Part shown: positions 1 through 9,244 of the stretch, piece after piece
Layout of the letters: each line of letters begins with the position of its first letter
Numbering within the stretch: the first letter of the stretch is position 1
Origin: a virus
Taxonomy: Duplodnaviria > Caudoviricetes
Direction: 5' to 3' (one strand)
IMG/VR virus record: IMGVR_UViG_3300024999_000018
Span: 1-50,113 of that record
DNA length: 50,113 nt
Position numbers and translations under genes: made by a program
The notes under the pieces: model-generated
What the model saw: the letters and a program-made list of their open reading frames with translations, nothing else
Told to the model about the DNA's origin: nothing
Databases searched by the model: none

Positions 1-127
1 AGTTCAAGATTGCTATGAACCTCGGTAGTGACCAAGAGACTATGGACTTCATAAGAGATTGCATCAAGATCTCCCATCAAATCCATAGTTTGTCTTCGGG
101 CAGTAAGTATAGAGTGGACTTCATTAA
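1..127. repeat. Terminal direct repeat (circular assembly overlap), left copy
   Basis: Identical to 49987-50113. Confidence 0.97.
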
Positions 128-154
128 GTCCCTACTAAATCTCTAATGAGTGGA

Positions 155-3100
155 TTAAAAGGAGGAGGGCAATCCCCTCCTTCCACTTCTCCCCTTCGGT
201 GCCTCCTTATAAACTCCCATGATAACCTCGTAGGGATTCCCACCATTGTAAGCCGTGTTGATAGATTTCATTATCTGATTTGTCATAGGCACTCCGTACG
301 AATAACCTATTGCCTTAGCAATCAACTGAATATTCTTCCTTTTCTCACGAGGTGTGAGCTGATCCCAATCAAGGGATTCTGAGAACTTCATTGCTGCCTC
401 AGGAACAAGTGATGCCCACTCACCCATCACTCCTCCAAGTGAGGATCCGTACTTAGCACTTCCACCGATCATGGGCAACTTCTCCAGGAGTTCTCCGGCC
501 GCGGATGCTACTGCATGAACATCACTACCATCATCATCCTTCACCTTAAGGTACTCACCAATCGGATCAGGGACAACATTCTCATAGCCCATCATCTTGT
601 AGAGTTGCCCAGCTAGGACTGTGGCCACTACATACTTAGTAGCTCTCATCAATGCCTGCTTGTTGGATACGTCGGCATTCTTAATCCCTAGCACATCCCT
701 GATAATAAAATTGAAGTCAGCAATCCCGAATGTCTGCAACAGTGTAAGCCACTTAGTAACCTTCCCCGTCTGTATATCCGAAACTGCCCCCTTAATCCCC
801 ATGCCCTGAGTCTTCTCCACAACATCATCTGCGAAGTGAACCAGATCATCTCCCTTTAACTTGAGTGTATTCTTCCCATAATGGTAGCCGGCATTCCAAC
901 TAGCCTCAGCCACAACTCCATCCACCCACTTCATAGGGGCCATACTCTTATTGCCAAGCCAGTCCTTTGTCCCAGTAGCAAGACCACGCTGAACATAGTC
1001 AGTCCACTCGGAATACGCCAGATCAAATTCTCTGATGGACAACACTGAGGATTTCTGCTTAGCTAAGGATGCCTTCCTACTGAAGGTCCTATCTGCAACC
1101 ATCCTACCTAATCCATAGAAGGTACTCTTCATATCGAGAAGGGTTGGTACTGCAATCACATATGAGGAGGGCTGCACGAATATAGTCCTCAGTGATCCAC
1201 CAATCGTAGCAAGCACTAGATTCTTACTCAATGACTCAAGTCCCTTATGGATCAAAGGATTAGTGTTGGCCATCGCAGTAGCAGTCGGATCCTTACCCAC
1301 AATAGCATCACTCCACTTACTCAGCATTACACTCAGAGCAGGGTTCCACTCACGAAGGGTGACCTTCCCAGTACCTGATGGGCGGGGCAACTTAACATAA
1401 GCTAACTCCTTTGCTAGTGCTGCCACTGGACTAATGTGGATTTCATCTAGACCATAATTAGAATACTTTTCTATGGCCTTGAATGGGTCTAGTTCAATCG
1501 GTATATCTGAAATATCCCTCTTCTTAGCATGAGGATTAAACATTCCATTAAATGTTTTACTCAACTGCCCTAGTTTGGCACTAGTCGAGTTAATCATTCC
1601 CTCTCCAAGTCCCAACTCTCGGAGGACATTCAGATCACGGAAGAGTGGCAAGTAATTCTCACGGCCCTTCATATCCAGTAACTTAGGTATAGCCTTCTGC
1701 CCTGTATGAGTCCTCACGTAATTGGATCTCTCACGGAACTTCCTAGTGTAATTCAACAGTTGCTCTTTCACGAGTTCTTCATGAGGTAGGAGGGAAGGAA
1801 TATCAGTAATCCCCATCTTCTCATACGCCTCCTTAACACTCTTCATATCTGCATAACATGCGATAGCGAAGTCCTTCATTCTCTCAGGAGCTATCTTAGA
1901 CTTGAGCCCATCCAGCCATACCTTAACCTCTGCTTTCTCCGCCTTAGACTCTGCGAGTGAATCTCTCCATGTTCTATAAAGATCCTTAATAGGTCCTCGG
2001 AAAGCATTAATCTTAGTCTCCGTGGCTGTCATAAATCTATCCACCACATTAGTGGTATGCTCCACCATGACCCTTCCAGTCTTCGGATCTGTCCTATCTA
2101 TATCCTTGCCAAAGTTACTCTTCCTATCCATCCCAACTATACCCTCAGCTAGGTCCTTAGGAACTGCTGGCTTGGTCCACACAACCTTCCCATTCCTATC
2201 TTTCTTAATCGTCTGGTGGACAATAGGACCTTCAGGGTCCAGGATCTTAGTCCCCAACTTATCCCCATCCCTAATCTCCTGCTTCATCTGGCCCACGTTA
2301 GCCAAGGAGGCCTTGAACAAGTCTATGGAAGCCTGATCTACACCCATACTAGAGAGATAATCATCCACTGTCTTCCCAACTTTCTTAGCCATCTTCACTA
2401 CATTCTCTATCTGATCTACAGCCACTCTGAGGCCAGTCACATCTACTGACCCCCTCTCATTATTCATTATACTCCACAAATCCCTACCTGCCCCATCTCC
2501 CCTCTCACCATAATCCAAGATCTCATCCCCAAGTCCACCTTCCCTCCCATAGGATTCCTCAAGGTATTCCTTCTCTCCAAGATCCCACATATCGGCCTTA
2601 TCTAGAAGGTCAAGTTCAGGTTCCAGGAAGTACTTGCCAGTGGCAGGATCTCTAATGATCTCCCTATCTGTACCCTTCGCATCTCTGAAGGCCTCAGCAT
2701 CTTCCAACTTGTCGAAGATTGCAAACTTGTCATCGACGAGAGGGAGGGCTTCCTTAGTAATTGGAGTCTTGCCTCCCCCGGAGGCGGGGGTTGCTACGTT
2801 CCGTTTTGTAACATAGGAATCTCTCCACTCTAAGAACTTCTCAGCTGCGGAGGCAGAGTCTACAGTTCTAGACTTAGGGACTTCAGGTGAAAGGGATTCC
2901 TTAGCAACCTTAACCTCAGCCACCACTTCCTCACCCAACCTAATCTCTTCCAGATTAACTCCCTGAGTAATCTCCTCCAGTACTTTCCAATCCTCTGCAG
3001 TCACCCCATCAGAGTACAACTCATCTATCTCGGACCCACTCTCAGCCTTCTTCCTAGCTTCTTCCTCCTTAGCCAATTCATAAACTCTGCGAGCCTCCCC

Positions 3101-5143
3101 AGTCTCTTTAACTTCTGGAACATACTTACCCCTGGGAGTATCTTCAGCATACTTTCCCACCCTGTACTTCTCTCCGATCTTAACAACCTCAAAGTTATCT
3201 CCCCTGGAGGTGGCATCGGCTTGGGCATCCTCAAAGGAGGAATATCTCTTCTTTCCTGGAAATTCATATCCTTCCTCCTTAGCGATTCCTACTGAATCAA
3301 ACTCTGGTGTGATGATCTCAGGGGCAGGATCAGTCACTGGAGCAGGAGCTGCCTCTCCCACCTTAGGCTCAAACCCCTCCTTAACCTTCTCATATCTAGC
3401 CCTAACCTCCTCAGGTTCTAGACTCAATGAGGAGAAGTTCCTTCCCTCACCCGTGAAGAATTGGTGAACCTCAAATTCTCCAACCTTTGAGGATCCTTGA
3501 TAGGTAATTCCGGGCTCAAGAGAATCCAATACTTCTTGGATGGGGGCTGCTTCAGTGGGAGGAGTAGAAGACTTTCTAACTGGAACTTCTGCCCTAGTAC
3601 TGACAGGTGCTACAGAGGGTTCTATAACAGGAGAAGTTTGTGGCTCAGGGGGAATGAACTCAGGAACTTCTCCAGTTCCTTCAGCTAACTTCCTCTCCTC
3701 AATAATTCTACCTATAGCTTTCCCCGTACTACCAGTAGGATTAATCCCCTTAATACTCTTCAGATCAACCGTACTTATATCCCCCTCGTGTTCAGCCACT
3801 ATCTTAGCAGCCTTTCTCATGGCAGTCTTAGCTCGGCCCTCCCTCATCTCGGCCTCAACCAAGAGTCCCTTTACCACGTCAGCATTATCTTCGAACTTAA
3901 CTGTAGGCCTCGAGGTCTTATCTACCCTAGCTGTAGCTTGTCCCTTGTTAATCTGCTCTGCAATTTTATCCAACGGGGTGACTGCAGCCTGAGCCTTAAC
4001 ACTATCAGGAATTTTAGGATCAGCCAATACTTTAGCTTTGGCAGACTCAAGGACTTCTGGAGTAACCTCCACCTTACCTTTCCTCACAGCCCTAGCTGCT
4101 CTACGTGATCCAGCCACAGCCATTGGAGCTCCGAGTAGGGCCGTATTAGCAATGTACTGCCATGCCTTAGACCTAGTCTCAAGATCCTCCTCACTGGCAC
4201 CCTCAGGTGCTGAGGCTCTGGCTACCTTATCCACTGTACCTAAGAAGGTACCAAACGCTGTCTCAATTGGCTTCAGCAAGAGCTGTCCAGTATTAGTAAC
4301 TGGCTTATACATTCCAGTCTCGTTGACCTTCTCAGCAATATCAAATGCCTTGGCAAGACTCTTCTCATCCCTAGGGATAGCAGCCAATCCACCCATCTGA
4401 CCCAATGGAAAGGATGCAGCCCCAGATGCAAGTGCAACTCCTGCCTCAGGAACTCCGTAGGCTACATCCAGCATCCCCTGTACTAACTTATTTTGAGAAC
4501 TGGGAATCCCCAGGGGTAACTTCCCCGTGGGTACCACAGGAGTAGTACTCTCCACCGCAGACTGCCCCATCATTTGGGCACCAGTCTTAGCCATCTCCAG
4601 GATATTTCCTGCCCCTCCCTGACTATGAGCCTCACCATCAAAGCTATCCCATGTCATCGAGGGTTGAGACTTTGGGACTTGCCCCTCCACAGGACTAGTG
4701 GCTGGTGCCACTCCGGCCATCACCTTAGTGATATAGTCTCTAGTCTCCTGGGGATACTCCAATCCATTAGCCACATTCCCCATCCCGAAGTTATACGCAG
4801 CGAGTGCCTTCTCCTGATCTCCTCCATACATATCCATTAACTTCTTGATGTACCTCACTCCACCATCCAAGTTCTGGCGAGGATTAAACGAATCCACCAC
4901 ACCCAGCTCCTTGGCAGTAGGGTCCATCAACTGAAGAAGTCCCTTAGCCCCTGCCTTAGAGGTGGCCTGAGGATTAAAGTTACTCTCAGTCTTTACCATA
5001 GACCTAACTAGGCGAGGATCTACGCCGTGAGTGGTAGAGATCTCATCAATGAGGGGATAATAATCCTCAGGCCCCAAGACCTTAGGGGTGGTAGGAACAA
5101 TAGGAGGAGGGACGGAATCGAAGGAATCCCAAGAGAGTGCCAT
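155..5143 (-). CDS. Large internal virion/ejection protein with N-terminal lytic transglycosylase (SLT) domain
   Basis: SLT motifs VKTESNFNPQATSKAGAKGLLQLM and ALAAYNFG; 1662 aa; last gene of the structural arm, as in podoviruses. Confidence 0.85.
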   Translation of the reverse strand: MALSWDSFDSVPPPIVPTTPKVLGPEDYYPLIDEISTTHGVDPRLVRSMVKTESNFNPQATSKAGAKGLLQLMDPTAKELGVVDSFNPRQNLDGGVRYIKKLMDMYGGDQEKALAAYNFGMGNVANGLEYPQETRDYITKVMAGVAPATSPVEGQVPKSQPSMTWDSFDGEAHSQGGAGNILEMAKTGAQMMGQSAVESTTPVVPTGKLPLGIPSSQNKLVQGMLDVAYGVPEAGVALASGAASFPLGQMGGLAAIPRDEKSLAKAFDIAEKVNETGMYKPVTNTGQLLLKPIETAFGTFLGTVDKVARASAPEGASEEDLETRSKAWQYIANTALLGAPMAVAGSRRAARAVRKGKVEVTPEVLESAKAKVLADPKIPDSVKAQAAVTPLDKIAEQINKGQATARVDKTSRPTVKFEDNADVVKGLLVEAEMREGRAKTAMRKAAKIVAEHEGDISTVDLKSIKGINPTGSTGKAIGRIIEERKLAEGTGEVPEFIPPEPQTSPVIEPSVAPVSTRAEVPVRKSSTPPTEAAPIQEVLDSLEPGITYQGSSKVGEFEVHQFFTGEGRNFSSLSLEPEEVRARYEKVKEGFEPKVGEAAPAPVTDPAPEIITPEFDSVGIAKEEGYEFPGKKRYSSFEDAQADATSRGDNFEVVKIGEKYRVGKYAEDTPRGKYVPEVKETGEARRVYELAKEEEARKKAESGSEIDELYSDGVTAEDWKVLEEITQGVNLEEIRLGEEVVAEVKVAKESLSPEVPKSRTVDSASAAEKFLEWRDSYVTKRNVATPASGGGKTPITKEALPLVDDKFAIFDKLEDAEAFRDAKGTDREIIRDPATGKYFLEPELDLLDKADMWDLGEKEYLEESYGREGGLGDEILDYGERGDGAGRDLWSIMNNERGSVDVTGLRVAVDQIENVVKMAKKVGKTVDDYLSSMGVDQASIDLFKASLANVGQMKQEIRDGDKLGTKILDPEGPIVHQTIKKDRNGKVVWTKPAVPKDLAEGIVGMDRKSNFGKDIDRTDPKTGRVMVEHTTNVVDRFMTATETKINAFRGPIKDLYRTWRDSLAESKAEKAEVKVWLDGLKSKIAPERMKDFAIACYADMKSVKEAYEKMGITDIPSLLPHEELVKEQLLNYTRKFRERSNYVRTHTGQKAIPKLLDMKGRENYLPLFRDLNVLRELGLGEGMINSTSAKLGQLSKTFNGMFNPHAKKRDISDIPIELDPFKAIEKYSNYGLDEIHISPVAALAKELAYVKLPRPSGTGKVTLREWNPALSVMLSKWSDAIVGKDPTATAMANTNPLIHKGLESLSKNLVLATIGGSLRTIFVQPSSYVIAVPTLLDMKSTFYGLGRMVADRTFSRKASLAKQKSSVLSIREFDLAYSEWTDYVQRGLATGTKDWLGNKSMAPMKWVDGVVAEASWNAGYHYGKNTLKLKGDDLVHFADDVVEKTQGMGIKGAVSDIQTGKVTKWLTLLQTFGIADFNFIIRDVLGIKNADVSNKQALMRATKYVVATVLAGQLYKMMGYENVVPDPIGEYLKVKDDDGSDVHAVASAAGELLEKLPMIGGSAKYGSSLGGVMGEWASLVPEAAMKFSESLDWDQLTPREKRKNIQLIAKAIGYSYGVPMTNQIMKSINTAYNGGNPYEVIMGVYKEAPKGRSGRRGLPSSF
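157..182 (-). terminator. Putative intrinsic terminator where the two arms converge
   Basis: AAGGAGG/CCTCCTT stem, followed by TTTT on the minus strand; overlaps the end of the 1662-aa ORF. Confidence 0.5.
2791..2819. repeat. 29-bp palindromic motif copy 1 (intragenic)
   Basis: ttgctacgttccg-ttt-tgtaacataggaa. Confidence 0.85.
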
Positions 5144-5149
5144 GTCTAA

Positions 5150-5926
5150 TTACCTCGCCAGACCTAATTCTTTAAGAGCTTGTTCAGGACTCACACCCAA
5201 TTCCTGAGCCTTCGCTACTATCATCTCCAAGGTAATCTTCTTACCTGAAGGACTTCGTCCCACCAGTGTATCAGGGGGCATCTTGACAATCTCCGCCGAA
5301 TCCTTTGGAAGCTTAGTCCACTTAGCATCACTTCCGAATAGTCCACCAGTTCCAGGAACTTTAATCCACTGATGAGTGGGATGCTGCTGGTTATAGATCT
5401 CAGCATATCCATCCAGCATGTCTGGATTCTCCACGTCTTGGGCCACCATAGATGCATCAATCTCTGCAAGCTTCCCAGCCTGAGAGAATTTCTGAGCCTC
5501 AGTAAGACCTCCACTTCCTTCACCAGTCCCTAGAATAGAAGTCCCCGCGGGAAATGTCTGGCCTACCTGAGGATCTATAGTCTGCACAGTACCATCAGGC
5601 ATCCTGAGAAGTTTGGCAGCTTGGGAATCCCTCGTGGCCTTTCCTACTTCTTCCCTCTTCACTACATTCCCTTGAGCATCAGTCCAATCTATCATCATCT
5701 TCCCTTCAACTTCAAAGGGAGCACTGCGATTCAACTTACTCTTCTTAGTCTCGAACTCTTCAGTCTCTCTCCTATTCTTCAGATCCTTATAGTAATTCTC
5801 TATAAGATTCTGGGCCTCAGTAATAGCATGACCCTCCTGAGAATTGGCCTGATTTCCCAACACCTGTTTGTAATTAATCAGATTACCCATGAGGTTCTGA
5901 ATGTCCTCAGCACTTAGGCCCCTCAA
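5150..5926 (-). CDS. Putative ejection protein; probably the -1 frameshift extension of 5956-6381
   Basis: Annotated start is a TTG; the frame is open back to 5998 and overlaps the upstream ORF in the -1 frame. Confidence 0.65.
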   Translation of the reverse strand: MRGLSAEDIQNLMGNLINYKQVLGNQANSQEGHAITEAQNLIENYYKDLKNRRETEEFETKKSKLNRSAPFEVEGKMMIDWTDAQGNVVKREEVGKATRDSQAAKLLRMPDGTVQTIDPQVGQTFPAGTSILGTGEGSGGLTEAQKFSQAGKLAEIDASMVAQDVENPDMLDGYAEIYNQQHPTHQWIKVPGTGGLFGSDAKWTKLPKDSAEIVKMPPDTLVGRSPSGKKITLEMIVAKAQELGVSPEQALKELGLAR

Positions 5927-5937
5927 ATCTAAGGGCT

Positions 5938-6012
5938 GCCCTCCTCCACCCCCACTTACTTCTGGAGATTGAGAAGGGCCTGCCAGAAAGGGGACTGATC
6001 AGACACTCCCCC
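5938..6012 (-). promoter_or_regulatory. Putative programmed -1 ribosomal frameshift signal
   Basis: Slippery C-CCU-UUC (5992-5986), GGAG 13 nt upstream, stem-loop GCCCUUCUC/GAGGAGGGC (5979-5938) 6 nt downstream. Confidence 0.7.
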
Positions 6013-6381
6013 ACTGTTTGAGGCCACAGACTCCGGTGGAACACTTGTGCCAAATGTACTCAAATTTTGTGCTGAAGGGATTTTACTAGTCCTCGTCATT
6101 GTTTGCCCATCCGCAGTCTCCTTGATCGTAGTAACATTCTCATCAGGCCCTGCTGTACCCTGAGGAGTTGGGGATTGCATCAGTTGAGGGAACACCTGTC
6201 CACCCACTCCTTGCATAGCCTGTGCTCTCAGCGCAGCTGAGGTGGCATCCCCTATCGCAGCCCCAGCACCTTTACCACTCCCAAACCCCGCTCCCATCTG
6301 GGCCAACATCTGAAGGAAATTAGGATTGGCCTGCCAGTTACCTTGTGCATTAGTACCACCCATAAAACTAAAGTCCATCAC
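5956..6381 (-). CDS. Putative ejection/internal virion protein (Gly/Ala/Gln-rich)
   Basis: Composition and position between tail genes and the SLT protein; GAGGTG RBS. Confidence 0.6.
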   Translation of the reverse strand: MMDFSFMGGTNAQGNWQANPNFLQMLAQMGAGFGSGKGAGAAIGDATSAALRAQAMQGVGGQVFPQLMQSPTPQGTAGPDENVTTIKETADGQTMTRTSKIPSAQNLSTFGTSVPPESVASNSGGVSDQSPFWQALLNLQK

Positions 6382-6394
6382 TCACCTCTATAAG

Positions 6395-7240
6395 TTAAAG
6401 TAATCCTGACAACCCACCTAACAATCCACCAGCTAACATGCCTAGGGGATTACCTCCAGACATCATTCCACCAGCAGCCATTCCACTCAGAGCTCCACCA
6501 AGAATCCCACTCCCAGTATCCTCCGAAGTCTTAGTCGAGGTCTTAATAGCCCCCTGCAATGCACCAAGATTAGCCCTCTCATAATCAAGGACATCCAGAT
6601 CCCACAGTGCAGCCTTGGCATCTATCTCCACATTAGTACTACCAATAGCTTGCTTGATGGTGAAGAAATGCTTCATTACATTCATGTAGGTATCTATCAC
6701 CGAGGTGTTCCAAGCCAAGTGAGTCTTATATCTATCCTGGGCCACCGGGATCAGCCTATACCTAAGCTCCGCACTATACTTGGCAATCTGTTTCTGCTTA
6801 GTATCCATCAAGAGAGCTTTGCCAATCACAAAGGAAGAACTCATCACTGCATTAATATCTCTCATCCCTGCCATGAACTTGGGCAACACCTGAGAATCTA
6901 ACTCATCCTGGAGGATGGCACTCTCAGTAGCCACAAGATTCCCCACTTGAGGACCATTTACTGTATCTTCAAAGAGCTCAGTCCACACAGCCTCAATATT
7001 CAACCCGGCCATGAACTTCCCGTACATATCATACAGGGAGGGAAAGGATGCTATGGTGTACCCAGCTCCAAAGAACGCCACGTCTACTGGGATAGAGGAG
7101 AATCCCGAGTAAGGATTGTTGTCTAGGGCAGCATCCCTCAACTCAACTGTCTTATCCAAGAACTCTGAGTGCTTAACCTCAATGTATTCAGCATACCTAA
7201 TGGTACTCTCACCACCAGCACTACTGCTCCCACTTCCCAT
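6395..7240 (-). CDS. Putative ejection (DNA transfer/pilot) protein
   Basis: MGSGSSS N-terminus and Gly-rich hydrophobic C-terminus typical of podovirus pilot proteins. Confidence 0.6.
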   Translation of the reverse strand: MGSGSSSAGGESTIRYAEYIEVKHSEFLDKTVELRDAALDNNPYSGFSSIPVDVAFFGAGYTIASFPSLYDMYGKFMAGLNIEAVWTELFEDTVNGPQVGNLVATESAILQDELDSQVLPKFMAGMRDINAVMSSSFVIGKALLMDTKQKQIAKYSAELRYRLIPVAQDRYKTHLAWNTSVIDTYMNVMKHFFTIKQAIGSTNVEIDAKAALWDLDVLDYERANLGALQGAIKTSTKTSEDTGSGILGGALSGMAAGGMMSGGNPLGMLAGGLLGGLSGLL

Positions 7241-7241
7241 C

Positions 7242-7697
7242 TCAACCTCCTATTAGAATCTCCATAGTGGTACAAGCTTCCTTAAATCCAACCTCTCTGG
7301 CTACCTGCAACACTCGGGGATTCTTAGAGTCGAAGAACACCCTGGTGCATTTCTCACTGATGGCTAATCCCCGTATTAGTTTGAAGTCTTCTTCCCACTC
7401 TCCCCGCGGAAGTACCTTGTATGCGTAGAGGCATCTGATCTTGACACTCCGCTCCTTGGTAAACCTGTCCTCATGGAGTTCAGTAATCATGACTCCCTGA
7501 ATAGATCCATCTGGACCATCCGAATACTTTAGGAAACATTGGGCTTTATCATTGAGTAGGGCCGCAAACAACTCATTGAACTTAGTAGGAACTTCTGTGA
7601 TGGCCTCCGTCTGCTGGAGAGCATACTTAATAACATCCCAGAACTTAGGAACTTGTACAGAGATTAGTCTAACAATCATCTTATCCTCACACGTCAA
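7242..7697 (-). CDS. Hypothetical protein, possibly GNAT-like tail assembly factor
   Basis: Position between nozzle and ejection genes; C-terminal AREVGFKE resembles GNAT ends. Confidence 0.45.
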   Translation of the reverse strand: MTCEDKMIVRLISVQVPKFWDVIKYALQQTEAITEVPTKFNELFAALLNDKAQCFLKYSDGPDGSIQGVMITELHEDRFTKERSVKIRCLYAYKVLPRGEWEEDFKLIRGLAISEKCTRVFFDSKNPRVLQVAREVGFKEACTTMEILIGG

Positions 7698-8763
7698 TGG
7701 GGCTAAAGTTATGGATCACACCCTTCACCCGGATGTAGTCAATCTTAACACTCATGGGGTCTGGACAACGGAGGCTAAACCTAAAGTCCTTACCAAAGCA
7801 AGGTACACTCAGTAGACCATGAGGTCCAAGACTTCTCCATCCAGTCCCAATGAATTCCTGCTTAAGTCCCTTACTGAATTCTACCAACGCTTCGAGCCTC
7901 CCTTCAGTATCTCCACCCACTTCGATCTCATGAATAGTCTTATTCCCCCGGGTCTCGAAGTCCCAAGTGTCAGAAGTAATCTCAAACAGTGGGATTTCCA
8001 TATCTCCACTCGCAATCAGATAACTATACCCATTAGCAAACCCTATGCCAGTCACATTAGCTGGGCCCCTTCCAAGAGATTGTTCCTCCACACTGTAGAC
8101 ATACCCAACTGTGCCATCACAGATGTAGGCCATCTTCTCACTAGGGTCATAACTAAGTACAGGTGAGGTCATTGGGAGAAAGAACTCCTCATACCCTAGG
8201 GGAGTATACTTATCCGTCAACATGATGAGGCACCCCTTCTTATCCACAAACAGCTGCATATTCTCATCTCCACCAACAGCCCACTGACCTTTCACTCCCA
8301 CCCAACTTAGAGTCTTCATCCCATAGAAGTTATTATGCGGCACCAACTGAGTAACTCCACCACTCCCGTAGACCATCACACTAGAGTTCAACTTCATGAT
8401 GTGATAAATGGAGCCTGGCCAATCCAGTGGCATCTCCCCTGCTACATTCTTCCTATCAATAGCAAAGTCAAACTCTCCTATCTCTCCCCACCTGACCCAA
8501 TTAGTCACGGGAGGGGAAATGACTATCTCTGCATCAATGTAAATATTACCTAAGTCCAGGGAAGATCCTTCCCATACTTGGGAGAAGATTACTCTCCCCT
8601 CAATGAGAACATCCCCAAGATCCATAGCCTCAGCTATAACACCAATTCCTAAGAAGGTTCCCTCAATAGAAACATTGGTTCGCAACCACCCTCCACCATA
8701 AACACCAAAGGCATCATAGGCGTTACAGTCAAAGGTCATATCATAATCAGGATTTCTTGCCAT
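7687..8763 (-). CDS. Tail nozzle/stabilisation-like protein (C-terminal part)
   Basis: Beta-rich; NWVRWGEIG...GSIYHIMKL...VYG pattern; position in tail block. Confidence 0.5.
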   Translation of the reverse strand: MARNPDYDMTFDCNAYDAFGVYGGGWLRTNVSIEGTFLGIGVIAEAMDLGDVLIEGRVIFSQVWEGSSLDLGNIYIDAEIVISPPVTNWVRWGEIGEFDFAIDRKNVAGEMPLDWPGSIYHIMKLNSSVMVYGSGGVTQLVPHNNFYGMKTLSWVGVKGQWAVGGDENMQLFVDKKGCLIMLTDKYTPLGYEEFFLPMTSPVLSYDPSEKMAYICDGTVGYVYSVEEQSLGRGPANVTGIGFANGYSYLIASGDMEIPLFEITSDTWDFETRGNKTIHEIEVGGDTEGRLEALVEFSKGLKQEFIGTGWRSLGPHGLLSVPCFGKDFRFSLRCPDPMSVKIDYIRVKGVIHNFSPIDV

Positions 8764-8775
8764 ACTAAACCTCGC

Positions 8776-8804
8776 TTCCTATGTTACATTATGTAACAAA
8801 GCAA
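8776..8804. repeat. 29-bp palindromic motif copy 2
   Basis: ttcctatgttaca-tta-tgtaacaaagcaa, intergenic. Confidence 0.92.
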
Positions 8805-8811
8805 TCCACCC

Positions 8812-9234
8812 TTAGATAGTTACCTTAATGTTGGCGATTGTGGCTATGCCTCCATCAGGCTCAGTGTAGCTCCCCAGGAAGTCTATAAATCCCACGATGG
8901 GATCATCCGCCACTGTGTCATCATAGATGATAGCCCCACATGCCGGGCCAATATCTCCAGCAGCCGCAGTCCAACTGGTATTATTCCACGTAACATACAC
9001 TCTATCATCAGTGTCATTCTGGGTTACTGCAACCCCTGCCAGAGTATTCCCACCTGTAGTATACCCGAATCCATTAGCCACCTCACTAGCACTTACATTG
9101 GCATACAGATCATGAGCATCCGGGTTGAACACAAATCCTTCTTGCATCAAGATGATCTTGAAGGTATCTGCACTGAAGTCCACTATCTTAGTTGCCAGCA
9201 ACAGCCTGAAATTATTACTCACTCTTGATGCCAT
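8812..9234 (-). CDS. Small virion structural protein, paralogue of 26151-26582
   Basis: Shared DFSAxxFK, NxxYT, IGP, YxDT motifs. Confidence 0.6.
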   Translation of the reverse strand: MASRVSNNFRLLLATKIVDFSADTFKIILMQEGFVFNPDAHDLYANVSASEVANGFGYTTGGNTLAGVAVTQNDTDDRVYVTWNNTSWTAAAGDIGPACGAIIYDDTVADDPIVGFIDFLGSYTEPDGGIATIANIKVTI

Positions 9235-9244
9235 CCCACTCTCC

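Noticed and set aside
1-127. Biological terminal repeat of the virion DNA
   Set aside because: It falls mid-ORF and 127 equals a common assembler k-mer length, so it is most likely an assembly overlap
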